Origin: Rebecca billardiae RCC1528
Taxonomy: Eukaryota > Protista > Haptophyta
Reading direction: 5' to 3'
Assembly (NCBI GenBank): GCA_965240325.2
Contig: OZ251226.1
Coordinates: 868,001-932,000 of the forward strand
Length of the DNA stretch: 64,000 nt
The first letter of the stretch is position 1; each line of letters starts with the position of its first letter. Shown piece by piece: positions 11,602 through 23,242 of this stretch. The notes under the pieces are model-generated. The model was not told the origin of the DNA and did not search any database. It worked only from the letters and a program-made list of their open reading frames with translations. Both the position numbers and the translations under genes were made by a program.

Positions 11602-12738
11602 ATGGCGGCGCGAATGTATCTGTACGTCGTGGTGGCCCTGGCAGTGGCCGTGGTTGTTCTCTTGCTACTCCGCGAAGACCGCGCGTTGGAGACGGGCGTA
11701 CATGTTGCGCCGGCCAGCCTTAAGCAGCCTCCGTCGGGCAGGCGGCCGCTTGCCGAAGGCTGCAAGCACGTGTACGTCGACGTCGGGACAAATCGCGGCG
11801 TGCAGCTCCGAAAGCTCTTCCAGCCAGAGCACTATGCAGGTGCGAAGGTGTTGCCGGTGTTCGACCGGTTCTTCGGGACGGATCGCGCCACTCGCAGTGA
11901 CGTGTGCGCGTTCGGTTTCGAGCCAAATCCATCCCACACAACTTGGCTCAAGCGAATAGAGCGCGCGTACAGAAAACACGGCTGGCACGTCACGATCTTC
12001 AGCGAGACGGCAGTGGGCGTGCGCGACGGTGAGACAGTGCCCTTCTACTTCACGGGCAACCTCTTCTACGACCTTTCAGCGTCACAGATGCAGAACGATA
12101 TCCTCACGTGGGGCGGGCGCCGTGCGCCCAAGCGATACGACGTGCAGACCATGGATCTTGCCAGGTTCCTGCTGGAAGAGGTTTTTGCACGCTCGGAGGC
12201 GACGGCACCCGGCGCGGCGGTCGTGATGAAGCTGGATATTGAAGGGGGCGAGTTGGACCTGCTGCCTGAGCTTCTGCTCCGTGGGGCGCTGTGCAATGTG
12301 GACCTTCTCTTCGCCGAGTTCCACGAGAGGCAGTTTGCGGAGGACAAACGCGCCGCTGAGTACCGTGCCCTCGAGAAGCTGACGCGAACGCACTGGTGGG
12401 GTGACCTGGAGCACCTCGCGCCGAACGCCAACACGCAGTGCCGGCTCAAGGTGTCCGCCCTCGACGACGAGACGTATCGATACGATGATGGCCGCAGCTT
12501 TCTCCGCGGTTCACAAGCGGCAAAGCAGGGCTTTCAGCGCAGGACGCCGCCGCTTCCGGGTGATGACGTGCCCGAGGCATGGAAGGTGATGAAGGCAGTC
12601 GATGATCACAGTGATGCTGCTGGTGGATCATCGTCAGGTACGTCCATGGTGGCAACACCGCCTGCGCCGGGAAACGATGACTCCACAGCATCTGCCGATG
12701 GCGATGCGGCACCATCGTCCGGCGAGCGCAGGGGATGA
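11602..12738 (+). CDS. Membrane-anchored FkbM-like SAM-dependent methyltransferase
   Basis: N-terminal TM helix; VYVDVGTNRG, FGFEPNP, VMKLDIEGGE, LFAEFH motifs. Confidence 0.8.
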   Translation: MAARMYLYVVVALAVAVVVLLLLREDRALETGVHVAPASLKQPPSGRRPLAEGCKHVYVDVGTNRGVQLRKLFQPEHYAGAKVLPVFDRFFGTDRATRSDVCAFGFEPNPSHTTWLKRIERAYRKHGWHVTIFSETAVGVRDGETVPFYFTGNLFYDLSASQMQNDILTWGGRRAPKRYDVQTMDLARFLLEEVFARSEATAPGAAVVMKLDIEGGELDLLPELLLRGALCNVDLLFAEFHERQFAEDKRAAEYRALEKLTRTHWWGDLEHLAPNANTQCRLKVSALDDETYRYDDGRSFLRGSQAAKQGFQRRTPPLPGDDVPEAWKVMKAVDDHSDAAGGSSSGTSMVATPPAPGNDDSTASADGDAAPSSGERRG

Positions 12739-13052
12739 CTCTGAGTGGCGGCCATGTCGAGTACCGCCCGGACGGCCGCGCGCGGCCCGTCGCCAGGCTC
12801 GCCAGCACGGGCAGCAGCGACAGGCTGCAGCCCGCTGCAGCTCGATCCTTGATGATGTCCACGTTCTGGCACTTTAGCTTCGGCTCCGGCTCCGGTCCAC
12901 CACCACCCCCCGAGCTGCTCCGTTACTCGTCTTGGCCCCGCGAGCGGCCGCGATTCGCGAAGTGGCAACGTACTGGTCAGCCACCAGGCAGCGCGGACCG
13001 CATCACTCATCAGCCCGCACGCCAGCCCCGGGGAGTCCCTTGGTCTGCTTGG

Positions 13053-13137
13053 ACTCATTCTATGATTTAACGACACAGGTAGGACGACGCGGGTCTCCTG
13101 ATTCGTCGGCGGCAGTGCGCCCGATCGTCGCCGACGT
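13053..13137 (+). repeat. Repeat family B (ACTCATTCTATGATTTAACGACACAGGTAGGAC...)
   Basis: Copies at 11486-11512 (partial), 23009-23108, 41505-41625(-), 43570-43628 (degenerate), 62588-62678(-). Confidence 0.85.
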
Positions 13138-13332
13138 CATACTGATCTCAGTGGACCTTAGGCTTATTCTTCAGGGTGCGGACCTCGTGAGTCGTGTTCC
13201 GACTCCGAGGTGTTACGGGCTCACATGGCTCGACTGGCTGACTGGCTCGTCCTCTGGTGTCAACGGACAGTACGGACGGACACTCAGTTTGAGTTTAATT
13301 TAAATAATTGTGCCATCATCAACTTTGAAACA

Positions 13333-13631
<299 letters not shown>

Positions 13632-13635
13632 CGCA

Positions 13636-13969
13636 GGACCGCGGTCCGCGGTCCTCTTCCGTCACGGAACCGCAACGTAGGTAGTTGGGGGCCCGCGGTG
13701 CAGCTGTGCCACCCGCTCCGTCACGGCACACTGCAGCCTCGCCGCCGCGTCGATGCCGAGTGCGTGAACCTACTAACTAAGGGGGTCTCACTGTCAGAAA
13801 CTGGCGCCGTCTCCTCCAGCCCTGAAATTCGTCCCCCGAGTCCCAGACGGTCAGTCTGTCGGGCCGTCCCTTTTTTCTTGATCAAACGGATCTTTTTGAA
13901 ACGTGGTTAGGGCCCGCACTGCGGCACTGCGGGCTCCACGCTGCGCGCTCCGCCCTGCACCCCGGGCCA
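13636..13969 (-). mobile_element. Non-autonomous asymmetric-TIR + hairpin element (Helitron2/Helentron-like), copy 1, minimal
   Basis: Hairpin end at 13636, subterminal GGCCCGCGGTGCA at 13690-13702, partner terminus (one mismatch) ending 13969. Confidence 0.65.
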
Positions 13970-13999
13970 TCAGTAAATTTCTGCCGTTCAACTTCTGCT

Positions 14000-15234
14000 T
14001 CACGCCGCCGCATTGAGCAGGTCGATGGTGCTGACTGGGACCTGTTCATCCTCCCCCCTTTCCCGTGACAAACCGAGGCTGGCATCGCGCTTGGCGCGCC
14101 TCGCCTGGCGCCGATGCTCTCGCACGTCACCTCCTGGGAGCGGCACTGGGACAAGGTTTACCTGAGCCGGCGCCGGCGCCCTGGGCGGCTCGTGCGGCGG
14201 CGAGGTCGGCTCGTGCGGAGCTGGCGGCGGGGCCTTCACCGCCTGGTCCGGTGGGATTCCATTCCGCTGCCGCTCGGCGGCCCGCTGCGCCGCGTCCAGC
14301 AGCTCGCGCATGAGCCGCTTCATCTCAAGCCCGGCCTCCTCACACTTGGGGTCAAGGTTGGGAGCCGATGCCGTGCCGCCGCCAGCCTTGGCGCCTCCGT
14401 CAACTGGCGCGGCTGCTGCGCGGGAGGCCTTGGCGCCTCCAGCGGAGCGGGCCGGGCCATTCGCCTTGCGCTTCCGCGCGGGCTGCTGGACGCCCCCCGA
14501 ACCCGCTGGCTCCACCGGGCGCTGCCCTGGCTCGGGGACGTGCCAAGCCGCCGGCTGAGCCGGACCGGGAGACCACACGCCACCATCGATGCTGACGAGC
14601 TGGTGGCAGTGGCAGCACTGGGCGCGGAAAGGGATATACCCGACCGAGCCGGGCACGGAGTCAGCAGGCGGCGGCACCATCGCGTCCCGGATGATCTGGA
14701 CGAAGATGGCCCCCGTGCACATGCCGCAGGTGACGGTGACGCCGGCATCCTCCGGCACCTCGCCCAGTGCCAGCCGCGCCTCGACAATCGCGCACGCCTC
14801 CTGCGGGCCAGGGCGGACGGGAGGGCAGGGCGCGCCGCGGGGTAGACGGTGCGCCGTCGCAAGCGTCGGGTGCGCAGTGCGCACGGCGCGGCTCGCACCT
14901 GCACGGCTTTGAATGCCTCGACCGAGTGCGGGAGGCTGTTCTTGTCAGGGTGGAGCTTGAGGGAGAGCCGCTTGCGCACGGCCTTGATGTCGCTCTCGGT
15001 GCAGAAGGGCGTCAGGCCGAGGATCGCGAACGGGTCGCCTCGGTGCGCGAGCACGGACTCGATGACTTTCCAGTCTGCCATCGTCTTGCGCACCTCTGCA
15101 CCCGAAGGGCCCGCCATGCGCTCCGCCTTCTGCAGGAGCTGCAGCACCCGCCCGCTGAAGGGATCGCTCTCCATCAATGAGCGCGCCACCTCCAGTGCGC
15201 CCTTGAAGGAGTCGCAGTTCGCTTCGAGCGCCAT
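14000..15234 (-). CDS. DnaJ-domain protein with CxxC..CxxC zinc ribbon; intron 14801-14898
   Basis: DPFAILGL..LKLHPDKN..EAFKAVQ J domain. A CAG|GTGCGA..CCGCAG intron joins it in frame to EACAIVE..CGMC..CCHC; about 378 aa. Confidence 0.85.
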
Positions 15235-15447
15235 GCCGCCGCGCTCGCGCCGGTGGCTGCACTGCCGCCCTGCCGGAAGGCCCGCGGCGCCCGGCCTGTC
15301 GCGGAGACTCGCGCCCTACCGCTCTGGCGCTCTGGCTATCATAGGCGCGGCGCGCTCCCCCGGCCGGCGCGTCCCGGCCCGGCACGCTCGGCAAAGATCC
15401 GGACATCTCGGCATCTTCGGGTTGCACCCAGCCGGGCCGGGCAAGCA

Positions 15448-16302
15448 ATGGCGGTCGGACTGGTCGTCGGGGTGTTCGTGGTGTTGGTGTGTCTGGTGTT
15501 GGTGTGCGCTGGCTGCTTTGACGACCTCTACTCGAGGCCGGGCTCTCCGGGCGAGGCGATGTCGAGGCCGCAGCACGGCACCATCACGTGGTACCTCGAC
15601 ATTCACGAGATTGGCGGCGTGACAGCTGCCGATCGCTTGGACGTGCCAGCCCGGAGGCTGGCGGTGTACGTGCTCCCACCCGATATGACCATCGTGTCTA
15701 ACATGATCCCGCGCCTCTTCTTCAAGTACGCCATCTACACGAGCCGGAGCAAGCAGGCGCGGAATCAACACTTCCAGCGAATTGTTGATGCGCGTGACGC
15801 TATCGTGGCCGGCTGCTGCACTGTGCGCCGCAGACCCCGGATCATCGGCAAGCCTCGGGCCTTCGGCGGAGCTTACCGCCCCCGCGCGGTGCTGCTGTCC
15901 CAACGAGACCATGCTATCGTCGAGCCTCTCAGCATGGCGCTCAAGAAGCTCGGCATCGACGCACTGGTCGCCAGCCCAGCTCTGGAGGAGGCCATCATGC
16001 GCTCGGTGCAAGCTGTGGATTCCTTTGCGTCTCGATTTGAGGTGTCTGACACAGAGCTCCTGGAAGAGCAGTACGAGGCAGCCTCGATGAGCGTGGGCGA
16101 CGCCTCTGACGAAGCGGCGAGGACGTCGGCCATGGACCGACACAGGGGAGCGACGATGCGGCCTGTGCGCCAGGGAGCCAGCAGCAGTGACGCAGATAAC
16201 GCTGCCTCAGGGGAGCATGACGAGGCTGATGGCGGCGCTTCTCATCAGGCTCGCCGACGACAAGGTGGCAGCGGTGACGAGGTGCTGCGGCTGATGGGAT
16301 AA
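15448..16302 (+). CDS. Hypothetical single-TM protein
   Basis: ATG at 15448 (MAVGLVVGVFVVLVCLVLVC) in a long ORF with coding-like composition. Confidence 0.6.
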   Translation: MAVGLVVGVFVVLVCLVLVCAGCFDDLYSRPGSPGEAMSRPQHGTITWYLDIHEIGGVTAADRLDVPARRLAVYVLPPDMTIVSNMIPRLFFKYAIYTSRSKQARNQHFQRIVDARDAIVAGCCTVRRRPRIIGKPRAFGGAYRPRAVLLSQRDHAIVEPLSMALKKLGIDALVASPALEEAIMRSVQAVDSFASRFEVSDTELLEEQYEAASMSVGDASDEAARTSAMDRHRGATMRPVRQGASSSDADNAASGEHDEADGGASHQARRRQGGSGDEVLRLMG

Positions 16303-16660
16303 CGACGCAGCAGGGCCGTCCGCGCCAATGTATCGCGTCGTCTTGCTGATGATGGGTGAACTCTGAATGCTAGTCACAGTAGTAGCAGAAAGTTAGCGGT
16401 GTCGCGCCACGCCGGACTGGCATTTATTTTGATGGCACGTAGAGGGCCGCGGGCGCGGCCTGCGGCGGCCGCGCGTATAAGCCTGTGCACCGTATGCATG
16501 TCACGCGACGATTATGCCAGCAGCAGGGTGGCTCAGCAGCAGTAGTTCGACGACGACTACTGGTCGTCAGTCACTTATTCAGCATCGTCAATTCTCATGC
16601 TCGATCATAGGTCGTGGCTAGTCACTGCCGTAGTGCGCATGCGCTGACATTATTACGCAT

Positions 16661-19600
16661 TTATTGATGCAGCTGAACCAATCCAGCGCGGGCCGGCTCC
16701 TCCCTCGACGCCTCCCGCAGCACGCGCCACTGGAACACCGCGCGGTCGTGCCCGCCGATCGAGACGCACCGCTGCGCGCCGCGCAAGAAGCGCACGCCCG
16801 TCACGTGAGACGAGTGCCCTCCGTACCGCAGGTGCGGCGCGTCCTCGCGCACGCACGGGTGGTTGAAGAGCAGCACGCGACCAAAGTCGTCCGCGGCGAC
16901 GAGGTGCCCGCCGAGCGCCTCGCCCGACTCCGAGCGGTCCACCCCGTTGATGTCCGAGTTGTCGTAACCGTCCGGCCAGATGCCCATCACCGGCCAGCCC
17001 ACCACGCAGCTCCACGTGTGCCACCGACGGTCGCGCTCGTCGCCGCGCAGCTGCTCGCACGCCACGCCGTCCCACCGCAGCAGCTCGTACGCCTGGCACG
17101 CCGATTGCAGCACGCGCCCGTCCGACGACCAGTCCAGCTGCCGCACCGTCGACGAGTGCCCCACGCACACGCCCAGCGCGCGCACCGACACCGTCGCGCC
17201 GCCGAGCTCGCCGCCCGCGCGAGACACGCGGAACACCTCGACCGTCGCCCCGCGCGTGCCCACCGCCAGCAGAGAGCCGTCGGGCGAGAACCGACAGCAC
17301 GACGCCTCGCCGCCGCGCAGTGAGATCGACGCGCGCTCGGACAGCGCCACGCCGTCCGCGCCGCTCGCGTCGAGCAGCGCCACGCTGCCGTCCGCCAGGC
17401 CCGCGGCCAGCAGCGCGCCCGCCGGCGGCGCCCAGGCCAGGCAGCGCGCGCCCGCGCGCAGCTTGTGCGTGCCGCGCGCGGCGCGTGCAAGCGCATCCCA
17501 CACAAACAGCCGCGCCGAGTCGCCCGCCGTGGCGAAGAGCGAGTGCGCCGCCGGGTGCGCGTCCACCGCCACCAGGTCGGCCACGTGCCCGCTGATCAGC
17601 ACCTGCGGCTCCGCGTCCACCTCCCACACGTCGCACGTCGAGGTGCCCACGAGCACGACGCGGCTGCCGGCCGTGCACGCGAGCGCGCGGATGCCGGGCG
17701 CGCGCTCGCCGCGGTACGGCGATGGGAGGTGCAGCGTGAGCTCGGGGAGCGACTGCGGGACGCCGTCATCGCCGATCGCCCAGTACATGATGGCGCCCCG
17801 CGCCCCGCCGCTGAGCAGCTGCTCGCCGTCCGCGCGCAGCTGCAGCACGTTGAGCGCATCAGCGTGCGCGCGGATCGTCCGCACGACACGCAGAGCCCGC
17901 CAGAGCAGGATGGCGCCCGAGCGGCTGCCGCTGACCAGGTCGCCGCTGGGCAGGAACTCGACACAGAGCACGTCACCCACGCCCCCCTTGTCGAAGATGC
18001 CCGCCTCCTTCAGCCAGCGCGCCGAGCCGTCGTCCGCCTGCGGCGCTCGGCTCCACCAGTGCAGGTGCGCCTTGCCGTGCGTGACAAACGCGTGCGGCGC
18101 GTGAGGCTCCGGCGCCCAGCGCAGGCCGTACACACTCGTGAGCGCAGCGACGCCGTCGACGGCGCGCGGCGTCGGCTGCACGCCGCTCTTCACCTCGAAG
18201 AGCAGCCGCGCCGAGCGCCAATCCCACACGTGCACCGGCTGCCCCTCCGAGCACCCCACGCTCCCCAGCAAGCCGCCGTCGCGCGAGAAGCCAACCGCCG
18301 CCACCCGATTCACGCGCGCGTGCACGAGCCTCGCCAGCTCGCGCATCGAGCACACGTCCCACACACACACGAGCGGCCGCCCGCCCAGCTCCGCGTCGGC
18401 CTGCTGCCCGCTCGCCGCGATCGAGCGGCTCGGGTCGAGCGCCAGGCACTCGATGTCGTTGGTGTGCCCGCGGAAGAAGCGCTGCGCGTGCGCGCGCCGC
18501 TCGTACACGACGCCGAGCCCGGCCGTGTAGTACACCGCCTCGCCGGAGGAAGACACGAACAGGTTGGGCGCAGAGTTCGCCAGGCCGCCGTACCCGTACA
18601 CGAACTCGAGCTCGAGCGCGGCGTCGGGCGGCGCGGCCGAGCGCGCGCCGAGCGCCGAGCGCGGCTCCCACGCGCTCGGGGCGAAGAGCGCGGCGCGCGT
18701 GCGCGTGTTGAGCGCCATCTCCCGGCGCGGCTCGGCGGCGGGCCGTTGCGGCGCGCCCGCGGGCGGGCGGCGGCTGCGCCTGCGCGGCGCGCTCGAGAAG
18801 AGGCTCGAGATGAAGGTCTCGACGTGCAGCTCGGGCCCGTCGACGCCGCGCACGGGCACCACGGCCGTCCCGTCCCCCGCCGCCTCCGCGCCCGCCGCGG
18901 GCGCGTACCGCGCGCACAGCTGTCCGTACTCCTCCGCTCCCAGCGGCTGGAGCCCAAAGTGGGCAAAGAGCCGAGACGCGGCCGCGCGCTCGAGCACTGA
19001 CGGCTCGGGCGCGCCCGCGAGCTTGGCGCACAGCTGGCGCAGGTAGCGCGGAGCGTCGTAGCGCGGCGTGGCGCCGAGAACCGCCATCTCGAACCGCGCC
19101 TCCACCGAGCTAGGCGGCGCGCGCGGCGCGATGGCGAGGCCAGCGGCCGTGCGCTGACGGCCTGCAGAGCGCGCGCGGCCGACGACAACACCGCGCGCGC
19201 GGCCGGCGCGCGAGAGTGCTGCGCGCGCCGCCGGCACGCCCTCGCCTTCTGCCGGCCGTGGGACGACGGGCGTCTCGGGATGGCGCACCAGGTGCGCACG
19301 CGCCGGCTCCTCCCTCGACGCCTCCCGCAGCACGCGCCACTGGAACACCGCGCGGTCGTGCCCGCCGATCGAGACGCACCGCTGCGCGCCGCGCAAGAAG
19401 CGCACGCCCGTCACGTGAGACGAGTGGCCTCCGTACCGCAGGTGCGGCGCGTCCTCGCGCACGCACGGGTGGTTGAAGAGCAGCACACGACCAAAGTCGT
19501 CCGCGGCGACGAGGTGCCCGCCGAGCGCCTCGCCCGACTCCGAGCGGTCCACCCCGTTGATGTCCGAGTTGTCGTAACCGTCCGGCCAGATGCCCATCAC

Positions 19601-20495
19601 CGGCCAGCCCACCACGCAGCTCCACGTGTGCCACCGACGGTCGCGCTCGTCGCCGCGCAGCTGCTCGCACGCCACGCCGTCCCACCGCAGCAGCTCGTAC
19701 GCCTGGCACGCCGACTGCAGCACGCGCCCGTCCGACGACCAGTCCAGCTGCCGCACCGTCGACGAGTGCCCCACGCACACGCCCAGCGCGCGCACCGACA
19801 CCGTCGCGCCGCCGAGCTCGCCGCCCGCGCGAGACACGCGGAACACCTCGACCGTCGCCCCGCGCGTGCCCACCGCCAGCAGAGAGCCGTCGGGCGAGAA
19901 CCGACAGCACGACGCCTCGCCGCCGCGCAGTGAGATCGACGCGCGCTCGGACAGCGCCACGCCGTCCGCGCCGCTCGCGTCGAGCAGCGCCACGCTGCCG
20001 TCCGCCAGGCCCGCGGCCAGCAGCGCGCCCGCCGGCGGCGCCCAGGCCAGGCAGCGCGCGCCCGCGCGCAGCTTGTGCGTGCCGCGCGCGGCGCGTGCAA
20101 GCGCATCCCACACAAACAGCCGCGCCGAGTCGCCCGCCGTGGCGAAGAGCGAGTGCACCGCCGGGTGCGCGTCCACCGCCACCAGGTCGGCCACGTGCCC
20201 GCTGATCAGCACCTGCGGCTCCGCGTCCACCTCCCACACGTCGCACGTCGAGGTGCCCACGAGCACGACGCGGCTGCCGGCCGTGCACGCGAGCGCGCGG
20301 ATGCCGGGCGCGCGCTCGCCGCGGTACGGCGAGGGGAGGTGCAGGGTGAGCTCGGGCAACGCGAGCAGCTCCCGCCCACGGCCGCCACTCACATCCCAGC
20401 GCCGAATGGTGCCTCGCGCGTCGCCGCTGAGGAGCATCGCCCAGGGCTCCCGAGCTCGACTCACCGCCCCTACGCCCCTTGGCCCTCCGCTCGCC

Positions 20496-20527
<32 letters not shown>

Positions 20528-22114
20528 GGCGTCCGCGTCCGCGTCCGCGTCCGCATCTGCGTCCGCGTCCGTGAATCCGTCCTCGTCCTCGGATGAGAAG
20601 CCTTCCGGGCCGCGTGTCCTGAACGCCTGCTCAGCCGCGCCGGCACTCCGAAGGTGCTGCAACGCGACCACCGCCACGGCGTGCGAGTGCGCGCGGATCA
20701 CGCGCGCCACGCGCTGCGCCCTCCAGAGCAGAATGGTGCCCGAGCTTGTGCCACTCACCAGGTCGCCGCCGGGCAGGAACTCGACACAGAGCACGTCGCT
20801 CACGCCCGCCTTGTCGAAGATGCCCGCCTGGCGGGACCAGCGCCACGGCCGCGGCCTCAGCGGGTCCTCGCTCTGCACGCGGCGCCACCAGTGCAGGTGC
20901 GCCTTGCCGTGCGTGACGAACGCGTGCGGCGCGTGAGGCTCCGGCGCCCAGCGCAGGCCGTACACACTCGTGAGCGCAGCGACGCCGTCGACGGCGCGCG
21001 GCGTCGGCTGCACGCCGCTCTTCACCTCGAAGAGCAGCCGCGCCGAGCGCCAGTCCCACACGTGCACCGGCTGCCCCTCCGAGCACCCCACGCTCCCCAG
21101 CAAGCCGCCGTCGCGCGAGAAGCCAACCGCCGCCACCCGATTCACGCGCGCGTGCACGAGCCTCGCCAGCTCGCGCATCGAGCACACGTCCCACACACAC
21201 ACGAGCGGCCGCCCGCCCAGCTCCGCGTCGGCCTGCTGCCCGCTCGCCGCGATCGAGCGGCTCGGGTCGAGCGCCAGGCACTCGATGTCGTTGGTGTGCC
21301 CGCGGAAGAAGCGCTGCGCGTGCGCGCGCCGCTCGTACACGACGCCGAGCCCGGCCGTGTAGTACACCGCCTCGCCGGAGGAAGACACGAACAGGTTGGG
21401 CGCAGAGTTCGCCAGGCCGCCGTACCCGTACACGAACTCGAGCTCGAGCGCGGCGTCGGGCGGCGCGGCAGAGCGCGCGCCGAGCGGCGAATGCGAGTTC
21501 CACGCGCTCGGCGCGAACACACCAGTGCGCGATCGGCTGTAGGTGATGGGCTGGCCGACAGGCATCGGCTGCGCGCGCTGCAAGCTGCGACCGCGCGCGG
21601 ACGGTGCGAGCGCGTCGACGAGCGCGTCGATGGGGACGCGCGAGCGCTCGTCCGCTAGGGGCTTTGAGAGCGCATCAATCAGCTCACGACATTCGGCCGT
21701 GCTGAGGTCCGAGCCGACGAGTCGGGCACAGGCAGAGAGAAGCTGCGCGCGCGTGAGCCGGCCATCGCGCTGCACATCAACGGCCACGAGCGCGCCGCGC
21801 AGCTCGGCGCGCACGAGCTCGAGGCGCTCTGTCGGCGTGGCCTGGCTGCCCAGCCCATCTCGGCGCTGGGCAGCCGACCGACGCGCGCAAGCCTGCAGGA
21901 AGCGCTCGTGCACTGGCAGTGCCTGCACTTGCGTGTGCGCCACGGCGCGGTCGGCCGCCATCGGCAAGTGCGCCGGGCCTGCCGGCCGACGACAGCTGCA
22001 CTGTGACCAAAGATTGACCAACCGCCGCCCCTCGTCAGCATGGAGTTCCGAGTGAGCGAGCTTCGTCACGATCCTGCTCGCCCCTGACTCCCTGAGCCAA
22101 GACGCGAGCAGCAT
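16661..22114 (-). CDS. EML (echinoderm microtubule-associated protein-like) with two HELP+WD40 (TAPE) units and a degenerate EF-hand
   Basis: HELP-like LELEFVYGYGG..NLF, FFRGHTNDI, GHSSTVRQLDWS, WHTWSCVVGWPVMGIWP..SDIN, GHSSHVTGVRF, each present twice. The true start may be the ATG at 21962. Confidence 0.9.
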
Positions 22115-22952
22115 GGCGCCGGTCGGTGATGCGTGCGCGACGGAGCGTCATGATCACGCCCTGCGATGCGACAGTGTGTTCTGGCTCCTCATCTTGTCCG
22201 CCGGTGGGCGCACGGGCAGCACCACCGTGCTCCGCATGGTCAATGAGCTGCCAGGGGCGTTCATCGGCGGCGAGAACGCAGGCATATGGGCGGCCGCGTT
22301 CGACCAGCTCCGCCACTCGGAGTTTCAGAGCATCTACCCGTGGTACCAGAACACGGACGATCGGTATGCGGACGACGCGGTGTGCGCGTTGATACAGGCT
22401 GCCGTGCGTCCCGCGCCTGACGAGCCTGCGGTCATCCGTGGCTTCAAGGAGATCCGGCTACCAAAGCACGACGATTTTTTCCGCCTGTTCCCACGGGTCA
22501 AGATCATTTTCAGCACACGGCGGGACGTTGAGGCGCACACCAAGTCGACTTTCACGCGGCAACGCGGCGCGGGGGCCGCGGGGGCGTTCAATCGAGCATT
22601 CCGCGCCGCCGGCATCTCGGCCAGCCAGCAGCGCATGCGCGCGATCCGGCGCGCCCTGCCGCGCGACGCACAGGTCTTTGACATCGCGCTCGAAGATTTC
22701 TCAACCTCCACATTTGACCGGCTGGCGCACTGGCTCGGGTACCGCGGGTGCCGGTACGCGCATGTCGCACGGATGAATACGGGGCACGACCCACGCCGAG
22801 CGCTGCTCGGAACTAAGCGACCGCCTGCCGGAGTGCGCTTCAATCATGGTGCCAATTCCTCCTTGCTCGACAAGGGCAGCTTGCAAGCCTGCCGCTTCGT
22901 CCCGGACGCATGGGGACCGCCAAATATCACGATCGACGATCAGTCATCGTAG
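22113..22952 (+). CDS. Sulfotransferase-fold protein
   Basis: PSB-loop-like SAGGRTGSTTVLRMVN..GEN, GFKEIR, KIIFSTRRD. Confidence 0.7.
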   Translation: MAPVGDACATERHDHALRCDSVFWLLILSAGGRTGSTTVLRMVNELPGAFIGGENAGIWAAAFDQLRHSEFQSIYPWYQNTDDRYADDAVCALIQAAVRPAPDEPAVIRGFKEIRLPKHDDFFRLFPRVKIIFSTRRDVEAHTKSTFTRQRGAGAAGAFNRAFRAAGISASQQRMRAIRRALPRDAQVFDIALEDFSTSTFDRLAHWLGYRGCRYAHVARMNTGHDPRRALLGTKRPPAGVRFNHGANSSLLDKGSLQACRFVPDAWGPPNITIDDQSS

Positions 22953-23242
22953 TCCAGAGCTGGCCCAGAGCTGGCGGCTGGACTACTGCCCCGTGGCACT
23001 GAACTCGTACTCATTCTATGATTTAACGACACAGGTAGGACGGCGCAGGTCTCCTGATTCGTCGTCGGCAGTGCCCGATCGTCGACACGAAGTCGGCGTT
23101 GGTGGCAGAGCATAGCCTGAACCGCGATCGAATGGCTGGTAACATGTTATACTAATTGTCTAATTCTATGATGATTTAATTTTAAAGACATCAAGCCCTC
23201 ATCCGGTCGGCATCAGCCTTATTTATTTTAAATATTTGTTAA

